In this document: in pieces, positions 31,064 to 40,041 of the stretch
Layout: each line of letters opens with the position of its first letter
Position numbering within the stretch: the stretch's first letter is position 1
Notes under the pieces: generated by a model
What the model saw: only the letters and a program-made list of their open reading frames with translations
What the model was told of the DNA's origin: nothing
Database searches by the model: none
From: a bacterium
GTDB taxonomy: Bacteria > Hinthialibacterota > Hinthialibacteria > Hinthialibacterales > Hinthialibacteraceae
Direction: 5' to 3'
Assembly (NCBI GenBank): GCA_963663405.2
Contig: CAXXSM010000050.1
Coordinates: forward strand, 1-64,000
DNA: 64,000 nucleotides
Translations under genes and position numbers: made by a program

Positions 31064-32041
31064 TTACGCTCCCTTCCGGATGAATATCCATAAGAAAGTC
31101 AAACTGCCAATAAGCCCTGTAATCACGCCTAAAGGCAATTCGATGGGAGAAAGAATTGTTTTGGCCGCGAAATCGCAAATCAATACAAAGGCCGCCCCAC
31201 CCAGCATGCACATGGGAAAAAGGAGAGCGTGTTTGGGACCCAGAATATTTCTTAACACATGAGGGATGATAAGACCGACGAATCCCACTACGCCCATCGC
31301 CGCCACACAAGTTCCGGTGACCAGGCTCGACCAGAAAAAGATTTGACGTTTCAGAGACGATATATGGATTCCTAACGAAGCGGCTTTTTCTTCTCCCATG
31401 GATAAAAGATCAAGGGCGGAAGATTGACGTGTCAGAAAAAAGCAGCCAATGATGCAGAGCGACGCTGTAACCACTAACATATCGATTGGCGCAGAATTCA
31501 AATCGCCCAGCAACCACATCATTGCGCCATGCGCCCGGTTGCTTGGTGATAGAGCGACTAACAACATCAGAGCGGATTGAAAAAAATACCCCACCATAAC
31601 GCCACAGAGGATTAACGCCGTTCTAGAGAACAAGGTTCGCTGCATCAAAATAAACACAAGCAAAGTGACGGTAATGGCGCCAGCGAACGCAAAGGCGGAA
31701 ATTCCAATGCCAGAAGAAATCCCAATCACAATGGCGAAGACGGCGCCAAATCCGGCGCCGCTTGAAATACCAAGTGTGAAAGGTTCCGCCAATGGATTGC
31801 GGAAAAGGCCTTGCAGAGACAATCCACATACAGCCAGACTCGATCCAAGTATAATCCCAAACAGCGCGCGGGGCAGCCGCAATTTCCACAATACCCGTCC
31901 TGCGGATGTGGATGGATTCATCAATCCCTCATACAGTTCTTTGAACGAGAAATCCGCCGGGCCGGATAGGACATGAACGATCAAGCCAGTGAGAAAAATT
32001 AAAGTAAGTAATAAAACAAAGGCAGTAGTTTTTGATATCAT
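31064..32041 (-). CDS. btuC: FecCD/BtuC-type ABC permease (cobalamin)
   Basis: LRLPR, LQGLFRNPLAEP, GEEKAASLG, GFVGLIIPH; cob operon context. Confidence 0.88.
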   Translation of the reverse strand: MISKTTAFVLLLTLIFLTGLIVHVLSGPADFSFKELYEGLMNPSTSAGRVLWKLRLPRALFGIILGSSLAVCGLSLQGLFRNPLAEPFTLGISSGAGFGAVFAIVIGISSGIGISAFAFAGAITVTLLVFILMQRTLFSRTALILCGVMVGYFFQSALMLLVALSPSNRAHGAMMWLLGDLNSAPIDMLVVTASLCIIGCFFLTRQSSALDLLSMGEEKAASLGIHISSLKRQIFFWSSLVTGTCVAAMGVVGFVGLIIPHVLRNILGPKHALLFPMCMLGGAAFVLICDFAAKTILSPIELPLGVITGLIGSLTFLWIFIRKGA

Positions 32042-32919
32042 TCCGGTTTGGCCGCTTCATTTCTTAACTGATTTTCACTTTGTTTTATCTTAATTGTTGG
32101 ATGAAGGATGGATAGAAAGTATTCTGTTGATTTCAAGAATGATGAAAGGCTGGGTTGAGAAAATTCCGGCGCGTTGGCTTGTTGAATGATCGCATCGTCA
32201 AAATCAGGGAACTCCCGGTACCGTTTCACGCGTGTGTCATCGATTAGGGAATGCGTTAATATGAGAATGACTTCCGGTCGCATCGCGATGACTGACTCGA
32301 TGGAGATTTGAGGATAGGCGGCCGGCGCGTCCGCAAAGACATTGATCCCCCCCGCCCTTTCGATCACATGATGAATGAAACCTCTCTTAGAAACGGTCAT
32401 CAATGGTTTGGGCCAGATTTCAACAAATACCCGCTTTCGTTTTACCTGTTTAAGCGCTGTGTCAATGACGTTTAAGCGTTGATTCAACAGTTGGACATAC
32501 GATTTCGCAAATTCTTCCCGATAGGTCACTTCGGCGATCTTCATGAAATCCTGCGTGATATCCTCCAAGTTTTGTGAGGGACCCAATCGGAGGACGTTGA
32601 GTCCCAGCGTTTCCAGCCGGTCAAGGATATCGGGCCGGTTCGATTCCACATCCCCCAAGACCAACGTGGGATTCAAAGTCGCGATCAACTCAAGATTGGG
32701 GTTTGATAATGTTCCAATTACGACAGCGTCCGTAGCGTCAGCTGGCTGTATACAGAATTTCGTAATCCCAACAAGGTATTCACTGAGGCCCAAATCACTG
32801 GCTTTTGTCGTGTTGGATGGAGCCAGTGAGACAATCCGATGCGTCTTTTCAGCGGCGCCCGCATATAATGAAAACAAGACTATAAAAAAAGCAGCCGTGT
32901 ACAACAATCGGTTTCGCAT
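32038..32919 (-). CDS. btuF: Cobalamin-binding periplasmic protein
   Basis: RIVSLAPSNT, LVGIT.FC..P, AGGINVF, YPQISIESV. Confidence 0.85.
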   Translation of the reverse strand: MRNRLLYTAAFFIVLFSLYAGAAEKTHRIVSLAPSNTTKASDLGLSEYLVGITKFCIQPADATDAVVIGTLSNPNLELIATLNPTLVLGDVESNRPDILDRLETLGLNVLRLGPSQNLEDITQDFMKIAEVTYREEFAKSYVQLLNQRLNVIDTALKQVKRKRVFVEIWPKPLMTVSKRGFIHHVIERAGGINVFADAPAAYPQISIESVIAMRPEVILILTHSLIDDTRVKRYREFPDFDDAIIQQANAPEFSQPSLSSFLKSTEYFLSILHPTIKIKQSENQLRNEAAKPE

Positions 32920-32932
32920 AGATTTTTTTCCT

Positions 32933-34450
32933 TTACCGCGCTAGTTTTTTCGCGTGATCAATCGCATGGAGGATTGGATCGAGATTGAGATGACACGCCA
33001 GCGTTGAGGCGATCGTTTCGTATGGATCGTGTTGACGCCGATCGATAACGCTATTGGCGCCCAGTTGTTGGCAAAGAGTATCCCGAATCCCCTCATTATT
33101 AAAAAAACCGTGAAGGTATGTGCCCCATACCCGGCCATTCGTCGCTATGGCGCCATCCTTCCGGCTGCAGGGACTTGATTGAACGGTGTGGATGGATACG
33201 AGAGGCTGGTTTGTATCTTCACCGGACGAACGGCCGCAGTGAATTTCATATCCGGTGATCTCAATCGAAGTATCCATCAATGTGCCTTGAACGTTTTCCG
33301 TGATTTTGAATGGGACCAATTCGGTATCGACGTAAAGCAGAGAAAATCCGTCTATACTTCCCCGCCGGGTTTCTATCCCATGTGGATCGGTAATCCTGCG
33401 GCCCAGCATTTGATAGCCACCACAGACACCAATGATGAATCCATTTTTGTCATAATGATTCTTCAAAAAAGATTCAAAACCACATTGTTTTAATTCAACT
33501 AGATCATCAATGACATTTTTTGTACCAGGAAGAATAAGAAGATTATAGTTATCTTCCTCGCGCGGCGCGTACAATGTTTCAATATAAAAGCGGGGATCAG
33601 CGATAAGCGGTTCGATATCATCGCTATTCGAAATATGGGGGGGCATGATGACGCCAACCCGAACCGCGTGATCATTTTGAACCATATTGAATTTTCTCGC
33701 CTCAAATGAAGCGTTGTCTTCATCGGGCATATGGTGATTCGGGATATACGGCACAACGCCTAGAACGGGTTTTCCCGAACGATGCTCCAGAATTCTCACG
33801 CCCTCATCAAAAATCTCTTTGGAACCGCGAAATTTATTGACCACAAGGCCAATGATACGCTCTCTCTCGGTTTCTTCCAACAAATCGAGGGTTCCCAAGA
33901 TAGAGGCGAAGATTCCACCACGTTCGATATCGGATATTAAAATAACACGCGCGTCTGTATACTCCGCAATCCAAAGATTGGCTAGATCACGATGGCGGAG
34001 ATTGAGTTCCGCGCATCCCCCGGCGCCTTCGATCAGTATCACATCATATTTCGACGCGAGCCGGTTGTAACTTTCAGCAATGCGCCGTTTGAATTCATTG
34101 ACGCGATGGATACCAAAATCGGAGCCGATTGTTCCATCGACTTTTCCTTGAAGCACAACTTGTGACTGCATATCGCCCGTTGGTTTTAACAAAAGGGGAT
34201 TGAGGTCATTGCACAGAGGAACCTTGCACGCTTCGGCCTGGCACGCCTGCGCCCGGCCGATTTCACCACCCTCGATGGTCACGGCTGAATTGTTTGACAT
34301 ATTCTGCGCCTTGAACGGCGTGACCGACATTCCACGATTGTAAAGCAACCGTCCCAATCCCGCTGTGAACAAACTTTTCCCTGTATTGGAGGCGGTTCCC
34401 CAAATGCAGATCGCCTGCGCTGTATGGGGTGGATTATCCAGCGAGTTCAA
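32933..34450 (-). CDS. cobQ: Cobyric acid synthase
   Basis: GTASNTGKS, PFKAQNMSNN, GEIGRAQ, EGAG, GVCGGYQMLG, GYEIH, GTYLHG. Confidence 0.95.
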   Translation of the reverse strand: MNSLDNPPHTAQAICIWGTASNTGKSLFTAGLGRLLYNRGMSVTPFKAQNMSNNSAVTIEGGEIGRAQACQAEACKVPLCNDLNPLLLKPTGDMQSQVVLQGKVDGTIGSDFGIHRVNEFKRRIAESYNRLASKYDVILIEGAGGCAELNLRHRDLANLWIAEYTDARVILISDIERGGIFASILGTLDLLEETERERIIGLVVNKFRGSKEIFDEGVRILEHRSGKPVLGVVPYIPNHHMPDEDNASFEARKFNMVQNDHAVRVGVIMPPHISNSDDIEPLIADPRFYIETLYAPREEDNYNLLILPGTKNVIDDLVELKQCGFESFLKNHYDKNGFIIGVCGGYQMLGRRITDPHGIETRRGSIDGFSLLYVDTELVPFKITENVQGTLMDTSIEITGYEIHCGRSSGEDTNQPLVSIHTVQSSPCSRKDGAIATNGRVWGTYLHGFFNNEGIRDTLCQQLGANSVIDRRQHDPYETIASTLACHLNLDPILHAIDHAKKLAR

Positions 34451-35025
34451 AACTCAATTCCCCTTTGCGCTTTAATACCGGAATGATATGGATGTTTGAT
34501 TTCGTTGATTTCTGAAACCAGGTCCGCGGCGTCAATCAACTCTTTGGGCGCCCCCCGTCCCGTACAAATGACATGCATCCAAGACGGCCGTTGTTTAAGC
34601 GTTTCTATTACTGTATCAATAGGAAGATAGTGATACGAAAAAAGATAGTTGATTTCATCCAGGATCACTAAATCATGCTCTGCGTTTTCAATCGTTTCTT
34701 TGGCAAAATCCCAAATTTTCTCCGTGGTTTTAATATCTTGTTCTGGATTTTTTGAATTCCATGTAAATCCATCTCCCATGGCGTACAGTTCAATATCCAA
34801 GGGCAAACAATCGCTGATTCGTTTTTCGCCTGTGATCCATTTTCCTTTCATAAATTGTATGATGCGCACTTTCCAATTCCACCCTAACGCGCGATAAGCG
34901 GCGCCTAACGAAGCGGATGTCTTTCCTTTGCCATTGCCTGTATTCACGATGAGCAAACCCTCACGCCGTTCGCGCGGTGGTTGAGGCGCTTGCTTCTTTA
35001 AATCTTCGAGTGTTCGCGCTTGCAC
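34447..35025 (-). CDS. cobO: Cob(I)yrinic acid a,c-diamide adenosyltransferase
   Basis: NTGNGKGKT, QFMKG, LDEI, TGR, KHPY..GIKAQRGIEF; likely GTG start at 35025 after AAGGA. Confidence 0.93.
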   Translation of the reverse strand: MQARTLEDLKKQAPQPPRERREGLLIVNTGNGKGKTSASLGAAYRALGWNWKVRIIQFMKGKWITGEKRISDCLPLDIELYAMGDGFTWNSKNPEQDIKTTEKIWDFAKETIENAEHDLVILDEINYLFSYHYLPIDTVIETLKQRPSWMHVICTGRGAPKELIDAADLVSEINEIKHPYHSGIKAQRGIEF

Positions 35026-35029
35026 TATT

Positions 35030-35236
35030 CTAAGATCCTTCAATTTTGAATCGCTGTATCCATTCGCCACCGGAATCAAACATCATTGATCCCCAAGTGT
35101 TCGGAGTCAGCCACACATCATATTCTGAAAATGTCAGTTGTTCTGGAGCCTCGAATATTGGAACATCGGCCTGCGCGTCATTAGTAAGCGCAATGATAAA
35201 TACGATATGTACAAACCAGAAATTTTTCATAGTCAT
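35030..35236 (-). pseudogene. Truncated secreted protein, apparent paralogue of the 38418-39707 propeller
   Basis: RBS, signal peptide MTMKNFWF...AQA, then SEYDVWLTPNTWGSMMFDSGG aligning with SESAIEFSRNTSGSIGVDSMG; stops after 68 aa. Confidence 0.55.
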
Positions 35237-35246
35237 AATTCCCCCT

Positions 35247-35960
35247 TTAATTCCGGACCAGTTGCACGGCGCGTTCACGAATGGTTCCGTAGATCGATAA
35301 TTCATATTCGCCATACCATGTCAAACGGGGATTGTCTTCGTCTTGTTTGATGCGAAAGGGGAAGCGAATCTCTCGATCGGGATAGTACTGCCCAATATCA
35401 ACGCTCATGCAACGAACCAACCATGCGTCACTGTCCCAATCTTTTTCGATGTTGTGATCACCGCCTTCATATCCGCCAACGTCCTCCGCCGCCGCATTGT
35501 AGGCGTATCGCAGAAAACGCCATTGAGGCACTTCTTTCCCGGCGAATTCTGTATCGCCGCAGCTGGGCCAAGCTTCAATGATTTGTTGGTTTTGCCGTTT
35601 CAAGGCAGGACAATACAGGCTGGCTTCCTGGCAATACTGATATTTCACCAACAAAAGGGAAATCCCACTCCAATACCCATTGGCCGAGGGTCCGCATCCC
35701 CATTCTGTATGATCAGGATGAGGAACCACATCCGCAGTTCCATCCGCCGGTGGAAATTGGTTATAATCCAACCGGTATGCGTTTAACGCAGTGTGAATCG
35801 TTCTTAAATTTTGTTGACAGGCGGCCCGGACGGTCCGTTCAATGGCTTGAAGGTAATTGGATGCGACGATCGACGCGAGGATACCAATAATCGCCACAAC
35901 AATCAGTAGTTCGATTAATGTAAAACCATCATCACGATCTTTCGGGGATAAAGAGTACAA
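35247..35960 (-). CDS. Prepilin-type N-terminal cleavage/methylation domain protein (type IV pilin/pseudopilin-like), first gene under a B12 riboswitch
   Basis: G|FTLIELLIVVAIIGILA class III signal with E5; amphipathic helix ..NLRTIHTALNAYRLDY..FP; LYCPA; AAGGAG RBS. Confidence 0.9.
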   Translation of the reverse strand: MYSLSPKDRDDGFTLIELLIVVAIIGILASIVASNYLQAIERTVRAACQQNLRTIHTALNAYRLDYNQFPPADGTADVVPHPDHTEWGCGPSANGYWSGISLLLVKYQYCQEASLYCPALKRQNQQIIEAWPSCGDTEFAGKEVPQWRFLRYAYNAAAEDVGGYEGGDHNIEKDWDSDAWLVRCMSVDIGQYYPDREIRFPFRIKQDEDNPRLTWYGEYELSIYGTIRERAVQLVRN

Positions 35961-36096
35961 TCCACGATACTCCTTTAGATAAGTACAACCGAAAGCAGGA
36001 AGAATTATTCCACCGGAAAGACAGTTATATAAACCTACTTAAAAGCGGGATCATTCAACTCCAGCCGGCTTCTTTCCGGTCGGCTTTCGGTCTTTC

Positions 36097-36250
36097 AGTA
36101 AAAGGCAGGTATCCTGGCTTCCGGGCCTGAATGTCACCTAATCCCTTGCCTTCTCATTCGTATATGCGAACAATGGCGTGTAAGGTTTCGTTCCCGGTTA
36201 CAGTGGCGGGTCCGCGCCGGACTTTCACCGGCTTCCCTGTTACTTTTACT
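36097..36250 (-). ncRNA. Cobalamin riboswitch 1 (apparently lacking P2)
   Basis: Minus strand AGGGAAGCCGGTGAAAGTCCGGCGCGGACCCGCCACTGTAACCGGG...GAGAAGG...B12 box AGCCAGGATACCTGCC; P1 AGTAAAAG/CTTTTACT. Confidence 0.95.
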
Positions 36251-36260
36251 ATACTTTACA

Positions 36261-36289
36261 ATCATACTAGAAGAGATTCTTTCTGTCAA
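36261..36289 (-). promoter_or_regulatory. Sigma70 promoter for the riboswitch 1 operon
   Basis: TTGACA-17nt-TATGAT just upstream of the riboswitch. Confidence 0.8.
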
Positions 36290-36355
36290 GAAATGAAGAG
36301 ATAGCTTAATAAGATTCTCGATTCAATTCCATTTTTCGTATCCATCAATTGTCTG

Positions 36356-37318
36356 TTATATTGAATCAAATCCAACAACGATCAACCAATTCATAATGTA
36401 AGTTAATGCAATGAATAAAATCGATGTAAGCAACAAAGTATTCCATGATTTGAGAATATGAGACGGTTGCGCCGAATCTCCCTCTACATTGAGAATCGGC
36501 TTTTGACTTACCAGGCCTTGGTACACATTTCTTCCACCCAAGCGGACACCTAATGCGCCCGCGTACGCCGCTTCCGCATGACCCGCATTAGGACTGGTAT
36601 GTTTCAACCGGTCTCGAAATCCAATTCGAAATGAGTTTCCTGCATTTTGTCCCACAAGAATGGCTGCCAAGGGAATCAATACGATCGATAACCGAGCTGG
36701 AATCCAATTAACTAGATCATCCAATTTCGCGGAGGCCCATCCAAAATCCATGTATCGTTCATTTTTATATCCCACCATGGAATCCAGTGTATTGACCGCC
36801 TTATACGCTAATGCCAAAGGAGCGGCGCCAATCGCGGCAAAAAATAGCGGAGAAAGAACGCCATCGACCGTGCCCTCCGCAACGGTCTCCACAGCGGCGC
36901 GGGAGATTTCCGTTTCCTCCAAACGATCTGTATCCCGGCCGACTATCATCGCTAACAAATGACGGGCTTTTTCCATATGCCCATCGTGCAACGCGTGATA
37001 CACTTTTCGTGTCTCGCGAATCAATCCCTGCGCGGAAACGCATTGATAAACCAGCCAAATTTCTATCAGCCATCCAGCGGTTACATTCAATTGATACAGT
37101 GTTTTTAATAGAAAGAACGAGATAAGCCATACACATACGGGAAATCCAACCGCAAGAACAATCCCAGCCCATGTTAGAGAATACTGTCTCGATCGAACAT
37201 GTTTTTCATAGATTACGATACACTGCCCCATCCACCGGACCGGATGAGGAAGCCAATGGGGATCTCCCAAAATTAAGTCCAAAAGAAACGCAATGGGAAT
37301 GACAGAATTTTCTACCAT
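36356..37318 (-). CDS. cbiB: Adenosylcobinamide-phosphate synthase
   Basis: GDP.WLPHPV, IVGRDT, RAAVETVAE, YKAVNTLDSMVGY, SPNAG. Confidence 0.93.
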   Translation of the reverse strand: MVENSVIPIAFLLDLILGDPHWLPHPVRWMGQCIVIYEKHVRSRQYSLTWAGIVLAVGFPVCVWLISFFLLKTLYQLNVTAGWLIEIWLVYQCVSAQGLIRETRKVYHALHDGHMEKARHLLAMIVGRDTDRLEETEISRAAVETVAEGTVDGVLSPLFFAAIGAAPLALAYKAVNTLDSMVGYKNERYMDFGWASAKLDDLVNWIPARLSIVLIPLAAILVGQNAGNSFRIGFRDRLKHTSPNAGHAEAAYAGALGVRLGGRNVYQGLVSQKPILNVEGDSAQPSHILKSWNTLLLTSILFIALTYIMNWLIVVGFDSI

Positions 37319-37321
37319 ATA

Positions 37322-38404
37322 TTAACTGTTACATAATTGTATAACCGCTTCTATAAACCGCTGGTTCTCCGCCGGTGTTCTCGCGCCCACGCGAAAATAC
37401 GTTTGATCCAATCCTGAAAAATCATCACAACAACGGATCATAATTCCTTGTTGCCCGGATGAGACGTAAAACGCTTTCGCTATTCTTACATCCGCAATCC
37501 GAAAGAGAAAATAGCTGGTAGAAGAGGGGGTCACATCAATAGCAGAAAACTGTCTTAATGTTTCCATGATTCGCTGGGTTTCTTTTAACCACGCGATTTT
37601 ACGCTGATTATAATACTCTATATTCGTTACTACCCACTCACCAGCGGATTGCGCAAAAGAACTTACCGACCACGGTGGAATAAACCGCGCCATCCGGCGC
37701 GCGGTTTCTGGATGGGCGATCGCGTATCCAACGCGCAGGCCCGCCAGCCCAAAATACTTTGTCAGCGAACGCAATACAACTAGATTCTTTTGATCCGATA
37801 CCCATTGGACAACGGTACGATCCGGAACGAAATCAATAAACGCTTCATCAACAATCAATAGACTATCATTTTGATTGACCAATTCGATTAATTTCTGCAG
37901 TATTTCATTAGGGATCGCTGCGCCTGTTGGATTGTTTGGGTGACATATAAACAGGATTTGGTTCTTTTGTATTAACTTTTCCAAAGATGTCAAATCAATT
38001 TCATACTTATTTGAATGAAAACAATGGATAGATGTATGCGATTTTTGATAGAATTCAGCCGCTCGCCGGTACTCGTTAAATGTAGGTTCAAACGTTATCA
38101 CGCTTTGATAGTGTGGAGAAGAGCATAGCGCATAAATCAGTTGTATTGAACCATTGGAAGGAATGACGCATTCTGACGGGATCCCATGATGGGTGGCGGC
38201 AGCGTTTTGAAAACGCTCCGCGTGGATATCCGGATAACTGGATATATCATCCAATTCCGCAACAAGACGTATTCGCAATTCATCGGGAATCTCAAAAGGC
38301 CATGTATTGACACTAAGATCGAGAATCGCGTTGACATCATGTCCATACTGCCGTGAGAAAGCAAGACGATCTCCACCGTGTTTGTAGTGGTTCATAAGAA
38401 TCAA
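37322..38404 (-). CDS. cobD: L-threonine-O-3-phosphate decarboxylase
   Basis: HGG, LDLSVN, YPD, PNNPTG, VDEAFIDF, RSLTKYFGLAGLRVGY (PLP lysine); next to cbiB. Confidence 0.9.
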   Translation of the reverse strand: MILMNHYKHGGDRLAFSRQYGHDVNAILDLSVNTWPFEIPDELRIRLVAELDDISSYPDIHAERFQNAAATHHGIPSECVIPSNGSIQLIYALCSSPHYQSVITFEPTFNEYRRAAEFYQKSHTSIHCFHSNKYEIDLTSLEKLIQKNQILFICHPNNPTGAAIPNEILQKLIELVNQNDSLLIVDEAFIDFVPDRTVVQWVSDQKNLVVLRSLTKYFGLAGLRVGYAIAHPETARRMARFIPPWSVSSFAQSAGEWVVTNIEYYNQRKIAWLKETQRIMETLRQFSAIDVTPSSTSYFLFRIADVRIAKAFYVSSGQQGIMIRCCDDFSGLDQTYFRVGARTPAENQRFIEAVIQLCNS

Positions 38405-38417
38405 TGTTTAAGAATTG

Positions 38418-39707
38418 TTAGTAAAGAAGCCATGGTGTGACATCCGCTTCCTCCGTTTCACGTAAGACAATAGAATACTCACCATCCCATCCATGTTCGA
38501 TCCAAGCGGCAACGGTTTTTCCAGAACCGGGATGCGACGATATTGCAGGTGTTTTTGCGTCTCGATCGATTTGGCTAAGAATGGTTCGATTATTGATGAC
38601 CATTGTTAAGGGATTCACTTGAGCCAAAACAATTTGATTAAGGCCACCCAAATCTTCTTGCCACACAATAAGCAATTCAGTTGGCGATCGAAACGCCGCG
38701 CAGGGTTGGGAAGCGTCCAGCGTCCCATCGTTCACAATAACCGGGCCCTGCCAATCGCCTCCAAAAGATTTGTAATGAAGATTAACCTGATAGAAACCAT
38801 CTACATATTCAGTAGACACAAGGGCTAGATTGCCTTCCGAATCAGCAACTAAGCGGGGTGGATCGTTAAAACGCCCTCCTTTGGGCGCGATTGTTTTTAT
38901 TGAGGATAAGACTCTATCCGAATTGACAGATACGCCTTTGAGTTCATACGCTCCCTGCCATCCTCTCAAGAATCCCCATATAACATAGATCGAACCATCG
39001 GGCAGAGCGGCAAGATCGGGAGCCCAATTGGATGTGTAATCATCGGGATTTTGCTCTACAGACGTGATACGAAACGATTCGATCCCTTCCTGAATTGGAA
39101 AATCTCCATTGCTATCAGAACTAATCAGATAAATATCGGCGTTGTTTCCATTGAGAGAAAAATCATACCATGCGATGTGCAATTGATTTTCGATTCCGGC
39201 GGAGATTTGAGGGACGTATCCGTTATCTCCCTGATGACCGGCGTTCGTTGTCGTCAACCGGATATCCATATCCGAAAAGGAATGATTTACTGTTTTTTTG
39301 TCATAGTAGATTTCAACATTATCCATGTAATTCCCCGCCACCGAGGTGTGCCGGTAATCATGCCACACGACATGGATGGTATCTTCAGCGTCAATGACGA
39401 GAGAAGGGTGTCTTCCCCCACCCATATCACCACTGTCAACACGGACGGGGGATGATACAGAATTTTCCTCAATCATTTGATAAAGGATTTGATTGGCCGG
39501 TGGTTTTGACACTTCATCAGGAATCCCATACACGATATGAATCCGTCCCATCGAATCGACGCCAATCGATCCGCTCGTATTTCTTGAGAACTCAATAGCG
39601 GATTCACTCGTATAAAGAACGATTTCTTCCTTAAATTCCTGCGCCCACGTTGTGTAACCCATCAGCGCAGGCAAAAGGATGAAAATAGTACGTAGAATGA
39701 CTATCAT
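38418..39707 (-). CDS. Secreted beta-propeller-like protein with about 7 repeats, B12-riboswitch controlled
   Basis: Signal peptide; repeats ending IHIVY, IHVVWHD, LHIAWYD, IYVIWG, LALVSTE, LLIVWQE, VAAWIE; ends ADVTPWLLY. Confidence 0.75.
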   Translation of the reverse strand: MIVILRTIFILLPALMGYTTWAQEFKEEIVLYTSESAIEFSRNTSGSIGVDSMGRIHIVYGIPDEVSKPPANQILYQMIEENSVSSPVRVDSGDMGGGRHPSLVIDAEDTIHVVWHDYRHTSVAGNYMDNVEIYYDKKTVNHSFSDMDIRLTTTNAGHQGDNGYVPQISAGIENQLHIAWYDFSLNGNNADIYLISSDSNGDFPIQEGIESFRITSVEQNPDDYTSNWAPDLAALPDGSIYVIWGFLRGWQGAYELKGVSVNSDRVLSSIKTIAPKGGRFNDPPRLVADSEGNLALVSTEYVDGFYQVNLHYKSFGGDWQGPVIVNDGTLDASQPCAAFRSPTELLIVWQEDLGGLNQIVLAQVNPLTMVINNRTILSQIDRDAKTPAISSHPGSGKTVAAWIEHGWDGEYSIVLRETEEADVTPWLLY

Positions 39708-39711
39708 GCGA

Positions 39712-39884
39712 TTATCTCATACACTCCCAATCGGGAACATTGGATGTCTGTCCCAAAATATCTTGGCGGGAGATTGGCGGTTGCGCCGATCCCCAAACAG
39801 CATAGAAATATCCGTGAACATCGTTATCATACACAACGGAAATAGAACAAACAGCCCAAACACACTTAACCATACTCGTTTCAC
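39712..39884 (-). pseudogene. Internally deleted secreted-protein relic (signal peptide joined out of frame to a C-terminus)
   Basis: AAGGAG plus GTG start MKRVWLSVFGLFVLFPLC; another frame reads YDNDVHGYFYAVWGSAQPPISRQDILGQTSNVPDWECMR*. Confidence 0.5.
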
Positions 39885-39950
39885 AATCATTCTCCTTAAT
39901 GAAAAAGTGTATACAGGAAAAAGAGAGAAGAGATTCAATAGGCAGAAACA

Positions 39951-39987
39951 GAAAAGAAAAATCCCAGCCACCGAGGTGAACTGGGAT
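39951..39987 (-). terminator. Intrinsic terminator in the riboswitch 2 expression platform
   Basis: Hairpin ATCCCAGTTCACC-TC-GGTGGCTGGGAT followed by TTTTCTTTT. Confidence 0.75.
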
Positions 39988-40041
39988 CGTATGTTTCTAC
40001 GAAACAAGCTACCCTCTCAATTCCCGAAGAGGCGCTATATC

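Noticed and set aside
31062-31310. N-terminal extension of cobU in the ORF track
   Set aside because: Overlaps btuC; homology begins at MASFLLIGG
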